Below are positions 55,371 to 64,000 of a DNA stretch of 64,000 nucleotides, piece after piece. Source of the DNA: Octopus vulgaris. Its lineage: Eukaryota. The stretch's first letter is position 1. Each line of letters starts with the position of its first letter. Where the stretch lies: contig OX597817.1 of NCBI GenBank assembly GCA_951406725.2, positions 142,662,001 through 142,726,000 of the forward strand, read 5' to 3'. The translations under genes and the position numbers were made by a program. The notes under the pieces are model-generated. The model was not told the DNA's origin. It saw only the letters and a list, made by a program, of their open reading frames with translations, and made no database searches.

Positions 55371-56619
55371 AATGTTCAGGGGTTGCTGAGGAGGAGCATT
55401 TAGAATTGCATTTTTGCTGTTTGTGTAGTGATTTTAAATATACAGAATGTAAATGTTTGAACGAATAAGGGATGTAGATGAGGGAGAACGTGCCCCGCTT
55501 AATCCGTGTAGTGTGATGTTGTTAATATGGCGTGAGTAACATCTTACAATTAAACAAGATAAATTTATCCACATGCATACATCACGTGTTTATCTCATAT
55601 CTTATATTTAGACGGTTATTGAAACATCTTGTGTTAATTTAAATGTTATTTTTTCCGTATGAGAACTCCATATTTCCGTGAACCGTTTGTAAATGACATT
55701 TCATTAGAATACCTTCCATTTAATGTTGAAATTCATATTTAAGTCATTATTTTCCAGATGTGGTTAGTTGAAGTTGTGGTATTCTTTTTGCCTGTGTGTA
55801 TAAAGGGAAATTCATAGTCGTAATAACTTTTTTTACGACCCTTCTTACGTGCCTAAATAAGTTTCTGTATTACATGATTTCGTGAGCTTGAGATGTCACT
55901 GCACAGCTGGTTTTAATTTTCATCTTGCAAATTGCTCTTAGCAAATAATTCACATATTTTGCATATTCTAAATTATATAAAAATTGGTCGAAGGCGAGCA
56001 AGAAGAATGTTATACTGATAAGGCCATATGGCATCTCAGAATCATTCCATTGCAATCCTTTGTTCGGAAAAATATATGTGTGAGTCACATAGAGAGCTAT
56101 TCCTGAGTTTATATATGCAAGTCGAGTAAGATGGGAAAAGATAGCGACTGGAAGGTAGCTGTATAGAGTAATTATAATCATATTCTTTATTCCTTGAAAT
56201 CGCCACAACATGTTATCGAGAGTTACAAAGAATTGCCTCTTGATTTTTAAGTTTCCTTCTCTCACTGTTAAGACAGTTTTAATGAATTAAGAATAGACCA
56301 TGTATGGCTTTAAATACTTTTCTTCCACTTTACTATCCAAAGAGATGCTTCCGCGTTAATTTCTATTACCTTATTTTAAATTTAATTAGCTAAGTGATTC
56401 CACATTTAACAATGTACGGAACTCGTTTCGCATATGTTTACTGTCTTAAATTAACCGGAGGACTGTAAGGAGAGTAAATACCGATGATGCTCAATCATTG
56501 CCGAAACAAGTGTACGAAACTATTCCTTGCCTTCCAGACAATGAGACAATCCTTTCCGAAATACTTTAATTAATTCATGAATTTATTCGCAATTTCTTGA
56601 AATTATCTTTTATCAATAA

Positions 56620-56880
56620 ATTTTACTTGTTTCAGCGGACTGCGGCCATGATGGGGCAACATCTTGAAGGTTTTTTTAATCGAATAGATCGACCAGAGGA
56701 AATATTTTCTAGCAGGTAGCTGTTCTATTCAACCTGTTTGACGAACTGGTAAGTTACGGGGACGTAAACAAACCAACACTGGTTATCAAACGGCAGTAGG
56801 AGAGATACACATAAACACAAAGACAAACACATACTTATCTGTATGTGCGTGTGTATATATATACACACGTGTATGTATAT
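56620..56880 (-). mobile_element. SINE family B 3' half (partner of 59609-59755)
   Basis: TTTTACTTGTTTCAG..CTGCGGCCATG..TAAGTTACGGGGACGTAAACA matches 19730-19930. Confidence 0.8.
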
Positions 56881-56884
56881 ATAT

Positions 56885-57252
56885 ATATTATATAAAATCC
56901 GTTCTGTCTGTATGTGTGTGTGTGTGTCTTCTGGGATCTCGGGCATCCTCCATCCGATTGCGCTCAAATTTGATATGTAGATACTGACGGTATCAGGGCG
57001 TAATCAGTCTTGAAAAAGTTTCAGAAATCGATTCCAGGTGAGAATGCGATCGATAAAGTGAATAAAATCGTTTTTCTTTGGAATAGAAAAAAGTCTATCT
57101 TTATTTCTTCTTTTGCTGGTGTCTAAAATTTAGTTTAAATCAGCGTTTCTCAAAGGAGAGGCTTATGGGACGGGGACAAGTTGTTTTGAGAAAATGTGCT
57201 TTAAATGTTTGACAACTCAGCACCGTCCATTGGACGGGGGGCGTTTTGCTCG
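56885..57252 (+). mobile_element. Non-autonomous Helitron-like element
   Basis: 5' TATATAAAA plus GTCT/GT microsatellite and CCGATTGCGCTCAAATTTG; 3' hairpin CCGTCC-ATT-GGACGG (57223-57237) 11 nt before CTCG|T (imperfect CTRR end); no TIR or TSD. Confidence 0.6.
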
Positions 57253-57269
57253 TGTATATATATATATAC

Positions 57270-57583
57270 ACACACCGTCATCACCGTGATCGACCAGGCT
57301 ATCAGACGCTGTTACACATTGCTGGTCACAATGCGCTTCGCATTGTTTTAGCCTTCAAATGACGCCACCCCGCTGGCTAAGCGAGCAGGCTAACAGAGGA
57401 AAGAGTGAGAGAAAGTTGTAGCGAAAGAGTACAGCAGGGATCGCCACCATCCCCTGCCGGAGCCTCGTGGAGCTTTAGGTGTTTTCGCTCAATGCACACT
57501 CACAACGCCTGGTCTGGAAATCGAAACCGCGATCCTACGACCGCGAGTCTGCTGCCCTAACCACTGGGCCATTGTGCCTCCAC
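57270..57583 (-). mobile_element. tRNA-derived SINE family D, tail type 1
   Basis: Minus head GTGGAGGCACAATGGCCCAGTGGTTAGGGCAGC..GGTTTCGATTTCC shared with 60682. Confidence 0.88.
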
Positions 57584-57627
57584 ATATATATGTATGTACG
57601 TATATATATATGTATATATATATAGAC

Positions 57628-57676
<49 letters not shown>

Positions 57677-57679
<3 letters not shown>

Positions 57680-59608
57680 GAAATATGTTGCAAAAAGAAA
57701 ATAGAAACTACACGTAAGTAAGAAAAATCAACGAAAATGCATATTGTAAATAAAAAAAGAAAAGGTTTTTTATGAAAGCTAACGACAAATATATACATTT
57801 AGATGGACTGAGGTAGTAATAAAAGTCATAAAAGTCATTATTATGAGATTATTAAAAAGTCAGAAAACAAAGCATACAATGGTTTCGTCAGGTCTAATAG
57901 TTCCTGAGTAAAAAGATCATTTGTAAGGGAGATAAGTAGTTCTGGATATAGTGCAGTTGTGTTAGATATAGAATTGTAATGTGAATGGTGTAGGGAGTGT
58001 ATAGGGGTTAGTGGTGTTAATTGAAGGGTTAGTGGTGTTCTGTATTATGCTGTGTGTTCATATTTAGTTGGGGAAGATATTTATTGATGAAAATTGCCTC
58101 TTTATTCAACCTTTGTTGCATTGTGGTGTTCTGTGAACATTGATAGAAGGGGAAGATTTGGAAGTTAGGATTAAGATTCTTGGCACACCTTTCTATATGT
58201 TCACTAACCTGTAACTGTCTGTATTTTGGGTGGCGGATTTGCTCTTTGTGGATGGTGGCTTTTCGACAGTGTGATATTCCTGTTTGTCCAATATAGTGGT
58301 TACCACATCCTAAGCATGTCATGACACAGATTAGATTGTCCGAGGCGAGGTGAAATTTGATTTGATCTTAAATATTTCTCCTCGTTTGAAGTGAAATTCT
58401 GAACCCTCCAAAAGGTGGGAGCATGTTCCACAGTTAGGACGACCACATTTTTTCACTTTTGGCTCTGTTGTTGGTGGATATAGTCTCGCGTTGGTTAATA
58501 TTTTTATCAGTGACTTCAGTTGCTTTTTGCTTTTTATAATTTTGTATGAGCTTAAAATTTCGTTCATTGTTTTGTCTGCTGTGAAGATGGGAAGATTTTG
58601 GGTGATGATGTTGAAGGCTTCGTTGTTTCTAGGGTTATGTGTGGAAATGTACGGGTGTATTTTTAAGTCTGGTTTAGTATTTCGGTTGGTTTGCCTTAAT
58701 ATTTGTATATCTATTTCCTTAGCTCTTTTAATGCCTTCATTTATTAATGAGATTGGGTAATGTCTTTTAGTTAGTGTTGATCTAAGTTCAAGGAGTCTTT
58801 GTTCACGAGTATATGTATCCGAAACTATGGTACAGATTCTTTTCGCTAGATTAAAAGGTATATTAATTTTTATGTGTTTGGGGTGGCAAGAGTTATTGTT
58901 TAGAATCTGTGGGTTTATAAAAGATGTCTGATTCTATGTGGTTGTTAACTATTTTAATTAAGATGTCTAGAAAAGGGAGTTGTTTATTGTTGTGTTCCGT
59001 AGTGACTTATATATTGCTATGTATGTTGTTAAGCATTATTTTGAAATCAAGGAGTTTGTCCATGCTGTCTTTCCAAAGTATGAAGCAATCATCCAAATAT
59101 CTCTTCCAGTTCTCCTTTAAATAGCAATTAAAAGAGGCGCCATATTTTTCTAGTGATGATTGGTATAGCTTAAGTTCTAGGTAACCCGTAACAAGGTTTG
59201 CAATCACTGGAGCAGCTCTAGTTCCCATTGCAATTCCACATTTTTGTCGATAGTAAGTTGTATCGAACATGAAAAAATTGTTCAACAGGATGAATTTGAG
59301 TGCTTCGATTATAAAACTGTGGTTAATGCGTCCTGGGATCTCTTCTGGGTATTTTTCTAGCCAGAATGTGATTGCTTCTATAACATAGTCGTGTGGGATA
59401 TTGGTGTACAGGTTCACCAGCATCCACAAAGAGCAAATCCGCCACCCACAATACAAACAGTTACAGGTTATTGAACACATAGAAAGGTGTGCCAGGAATC
59501 TTAATCTTAATTTCCAAATCTTCCCTTTATCAATGTTCACAGAAAACCACAATGCAACAAAGGTTGAATAAAGAGGCAATTTTCATCAATAAATATCTTC
59601 CCCAACTA
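57677..59608 (-). mobile_element. 5'-truncated Neptune-type Penelope-like element (RT, Cys linker, GIY-YIG) with inverted 5' segment
   Basis: LYTNIP, QKCGIAMG, WKRYLDD, LPFLD; linker KCGRPNCGTC; TCLGCGNHYIGQTG..HKEQI..VSEH..KEAIFINKYLPQLN; 59421-59608 is an inverted copy of 58065-58254; half hammerhead at 57872-57907. Confidence 0.95.
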
Positions 59609-59755
59609 TATAATGGGTTTCAGTTCCCGTCGACCTCAAAGCTCTGGTCGGACCGGGGCCATAACAGAAAACACTCCGAAGTCCGACGCTATGGGATTAA
59701 ACGTGAAACCACGTGACTTATTACCACACCACTACGCTTGTACCTATACCCACGC
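59609..59755 (-). mobile_element. Degenerate SINE family B head (partner of 56620-56880)
   Basis: TTTCAGTTCCCGTC..GCTCTGGTCGGACCGGGGCCATAACAGAAAACACT..TTACCACAC aligns to 20001-20154. Confidence 0.7.
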
Positions 59756-60681
59756 CTGTTATCCTTCTCCATTAGGAATGGATTTTTATACACTCTAAAT
59801 AATTATCGCATATATTATACCACGTGACTTTATTATGTAAAGTCATACCACACTTTTTTGAGATGCATTCTCTCAGCTGATGTTAGCTATAATTATGTGA
59901 ACTATTTTTGGCCAAGAATATCCTGATATCAATTTTCTTTTGTATATGTTAATTGTATAGATGTCATCGTTCCCTTCTTCTTCTCCTTTGTACAGCTACG
60001 TTTAGAATATAACTCCCCCGTGGGTCTCCGCACACAATACAAAGCATTACAAGAATTGAGCCATCCCAGAAAGCATTCACTAAAAATTACAAGGCATGAC
60101 TGCCTTTGATTATTGGAACCACCTTAAAATATTGACTCTGCATTCTCTCTAGCACCGCTGTGAGCGCTACATCATTTGCACAACGTAGAGAATATGCTAC
60201 CAGCATTGCCGAAACAACCTCAACATTAGATTCAGAATTTATCCAAGGATGGGACCACAATTTAGAGAGTAGCGGAGGAAATAGTGGGGGTCGAGATAAA
60301 AAAAAGAGTGGTGACCTAGTTACTTACACTTGAAAGACAATATTTAGAATGTAGTCTTAAACCATCAAGAATCAAAGCTATTGGGAATTGTCAACTGTAT
60401 TCTAGTTAATGGTGATAAATCAATTAGTGTCAGACAATCTCCTAGACTCTCAATGTATTGGAACCATATATCCAGCTTTATCAACACAAAACGGTCGGAC
60501 GTGGGGTGTTAGTAAGGGAACGCCTGATAGGGAAGGGATGATAATTGGAAGAGAGAAAGAAAGGAAGGATCAATACTTATTTTGATTATCATATTAAAGG
60601 AGAAGATAATGAAAGACCAAAGAGACAAGTAATATAAATTTAGGGATGGAATTGAAAATCAGAGATGATTATGTATGTAAC

Positions 60682-61043
60682 GTGGAGGCATAATGGCCCA
60701 GTGGTTAGCGCAGCGGACTCGCGGTTGTAGGATCGCGGTTTCGATTCCCAGACCAGGCGTTGTGAGTGTTTATTGAGCGTAAATACCTAAAGCTCCACGA
60801 GGCTCCGGCAGCGAATCCCGCTGTAATCCTTCACAATAACTTTCTCCCACTCTTTCTTCCTGTTTCTGCTGTACCTCTGTTTCAAAGGGCCAGCTTTGTC
60901 ACACTGAATCTCACCGAGAACTACGTTAAGGATACACGTGTCTGTGGAGTGCTCAGCGACTTGCACGTTAATATCACGAGTAGGCTGTTCCGTTGATCGG
61001 ATCAACTGGAACCCTCGTCGTTTTTTAACCAACGACGTGCCAC
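60682..61043 (+). mobile_element. tRNA-derived SINE family D, tail type 2, with TSD
   Basis: A box TGGCCCAGTGG, B box GGTTTCGATTCCC; TTATGTATG(T/C)AAC at 60669-60681 and 61047-61059. Confidence 0.9.
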
Positions 61044-61146
61044 GATTTATGTATGCAACATATGAGACTTTAACTATTCAAAAATCCGTTGCCTCGTACA
61101 TTTATACATTTAAATGTTCCAATATATTGTCGTAGCCCATATATTT

Positions 61147-61375
61147 CTTTACTGCCCACAAGAGGCTAAACATAGAGGGGACAAACAAGGACAGACAAAG
61201 GAATTAAGTTGATTACATCAACCCCAGTGCGTAACTGGTACTTTAATTTATCGACCCCGAAAGGATGAAAGGCAAAGTCGACCTCGGCGGAATTTGAACT
61301 CAGAATGTAACGACAGACGAAATACCGCTAAGCATTTCGCCCAGCGCGCTAACGCTTCTGCCAGCTCGCCACCTA
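61147..61375 (-). mobile_element. Full-length SINE family A with perfect 19-bp TSD
   Basis: TGTCGTAGCCCATATATTT at 61128-61146 and 61376-61394. Confidence 0.95.
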
Positions 61376-61980
61376 TGTCGTAGCCCATATATTTACTTGT
61401 TTCATTTCACACTCATTTACCCAGTCCTTTTTTACACACCCCAACATATACACATATGTATACTTGTGATTATGTCTGTATGAAGCACCCTCATATACTC
61501 TCTGTCTAATTTTATAAAATATATCTCTTTCACTTCATTCCTATACTTTCTCTATTTGTTCATCTCAATCTTCTTTCCGTTATTTTCTTCTTTCTGTCTT
61601 TATAGTCAGATTTCTCTCTTTCTTTTCTCCATATATTTTTTCCTTCATCTTTTCCATTTATCTTTTTTTTAAACTTCTCTTTCACATCCAGCGTTTTCCA
61701 ACCGTTTCCTTTTTTTAATGATTTCCACATTCATTTTACCGATGTTCTCTTTCTCTACATACATGTGCGCATACATATACGTATATACATATATGTATAC
61801 ATATGTCTGAATGTGTGGGCTTGTGTGTGTGTACGTGTGTGTGTATCTATGCATGAGCAAATATATATTCTCTCTTATCATTTCTCTCTTTATCTAACGA
61901 ATATTTTCGCTCTCTTTCGCTTGTGGTAAATATGTCTCTTTCTCTTCGACAGTCTCATATTCTTTTTATCGCTCTTTCTT

Positions 61981-62036
<56 letters not shown>

Positions 62037-62739
62037 TCGACTTCTAGTATTTTCATCTCCGTCTACTTATTTCTCTGTTTTTCACTTCCTCTATCCCTCT
62101 CTTTTCCTTCCAGTTCATTTGTTTATGCCACACTGCTCCGCCTTCCCCTCTCTCTTGTTCGTATATTTGAACTAAATCCCTCTCATACTTTACGTTTGCT
62201 CGCCCTCTTTCCTACAGTCTCTCCTTCTATTACTGCTCCTACTTCTCCTCCTCCTCCTACTCCTCCGCCTTTCTTTACCCTCACACTCTCCAACCACCAT
62301 TTATTTTCTCTCCAACTCTATTTACTCCAGTCTGATGAGTTATCTTGTACCGGTTATCCATCTTAACGTATTATCAATGCATATTAGAGAAGCAATACAA
62401 AACAGAAATATGTCCGCACGGCGGCGCTGTTGTAGTCATTGGAAACGACATCACGTAAGAAGAATGGCTGCCATTACATTGAAACAGACGACAGCGGGAT
62501 TTCTCTACATTCTCATTCTTGCCAAGCGAAGGAAAAATCGACTGAGAGACATGAAGAGATTAATAACATCCCCCTAGAAATCAACAGTAGTTAGGCGACG
62601 TTTCTGATATCTGCGTCTATTGACCTGCTAGGGCTTAATTCCGATCCATTGCTACATGGCTCTCTACAGTTTACTTACAAAGTTATTAGGGAAGGTTTAT
62701 GAAATGAATAATTGCTTTTTACGTCACATGATGCGAATT

Positions 62740-62910
62740 CTTCTTCCTCTTCTTCTCCTCCTCCTCCCCCTCCTTCTTCTTCGCCTTCTCTTCTTCTTCT
62801 TGTCTTCTTCTTCTTCTTCTTCTTCTTCTTCTTCTTCTTCTTCTTCTTCTTCTTCTTCTTCTTCTTCTACTTCTCCAAATTCTTCCTCAGCTTCTCCCTC
62901 TTCTTCGTCC
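62740..62910. repeat. (TTC)/(CTC) microsatellite
   Basis: Direct reading. Confidence 0.95.
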
Positions 62911-62946
62911 TCGACTTCTCTCCTTTTTGCCGATAATTCATATATT

Positions 62947-63000
<54 letters not shown>

Positions 63001-63128
63001 AAAATATATGCATATATATATATACATACATTTATATATGCATATATATATACACATATACATATATTACGTATATTATATACTGTATGTAATATCATTA
63101 TTACATATGTGTAATATGTGCACATGTA

Positions 63129-63190
<62 letters not shown>

Positions 63191-64000
63191 TATTTATATA
63201 TATGTATGCATGCATGTATGTATGTATGTATATACATATACATATATATATGTGTGCGTGTGTATACATATATACGCATGTGTGTATTTTATGTATCTAA
63301 TTCAAACATTTATTTGCCATTATAAGGACTTCTTTCATTCTATTTTAACATGATGCAAGATGTAACACGTTAGGGAATCAAATAAAACGAAATACTGCTT
63401 CGCTTAATCAAACGAGGAAATTGCTAGATTCTTGCAGCAAAATACGTAACAAATATTTCCTTCACTGATTCCTTTCTGATAACATGAGATTCTATAATTT
63501 TATTGCAAAGGAAATAAGTTGAGGTGACCTTCAGAGTGCTAACTACCTCCATTGAGATTATCTTTCGTTAAATAGACGGATTAACTGTAACTCTAGATAG
63601 AAACTACTTACAGATCCGTCTGTATTTCCTCTATATTTTATGGTTGTTTTAATTCTCACTTTTCTTGGAAATATGAAAATACTTTTCCATTTTTTTCTTT
63701 GTTCTTTAGACCAAAGACGCAATGGCTGTTTTACAGCCTCTACCTCGCCCGGATCAGTATTTGATTAGTAACGTCAAGACTATCACGGTTTTGCTTAACT
63801 TTCTGATGTTTTATAGTTGTAGAGAAAATACGGATAAGAGATGCGTTCTGTAGATGTGCTGTAAAAAAGAATAAGAAGTATGTAAAGTGCTTAAATAGGG
63901 AGAGGTGAAACGGAATAACTGCACATTTGGGGTTTGCTACAAATGAATTGAAAGGGGAGGAAATCGGTGTAGAAGCTTCAAAAGAGACAGAGATGAAGCA

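Noticed and set aside
56481-56515. Hammerhead-like CCGATGA-TGC..GCC-GAAAC-AAGT-GTA
   Set aside because: The core is plausible, but stem I is absent and stem II is only 2 bp; not counted.
62332-62372. CTGATGA-GTTA..TAAC hammerhead candidate
   Set aside because: The GAAA half of the core is missing.

Overview
Eukaryotic, very AT-rich, repeat-saturated genomic DNA. The mix of (AT)n/(AC)n/(AAT)n/(ATAG)n microsatellites, tRNA-derived SINEs, RLE-type LINE remnants and Penelope-like elements (PLEs) looks like an Octopus (coleoid cephalopod) genome; this is pattern recognition, not a database result. Almost all ORFs in the track are microsatellite artefacts. One credible host gene is present: an intact 141-aa single-coding-exon ORF at 22888-23313 that I cannot name. 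The rest is mobile DNA: (TAA)n-associated R4/Dong-like LINE fragments, a 555-bp structured non-coding element in the same arrays, four SINE families (labelled A-D here), two internally deleted mariners, a Helitron-like element and Neptune-type PLEs. Main observations: (1) two different elements sit in tandem at the same 15-16 bp site in the tRNA-derived head of a SINE (48101-49512), suggesting a SINE-targeting site-specific retrotransposon system; (2) about eight minimal hammerhead-ribozyme motifs or remnants, one split by a mariner; (3) the orphan beta-rich basic protein; (4) a SINE whose internal microsatellite has captured a Helitron, another SINE and a PLE. All alignments and folds were done by eye, and boundaries of degenerate elements are approximate.
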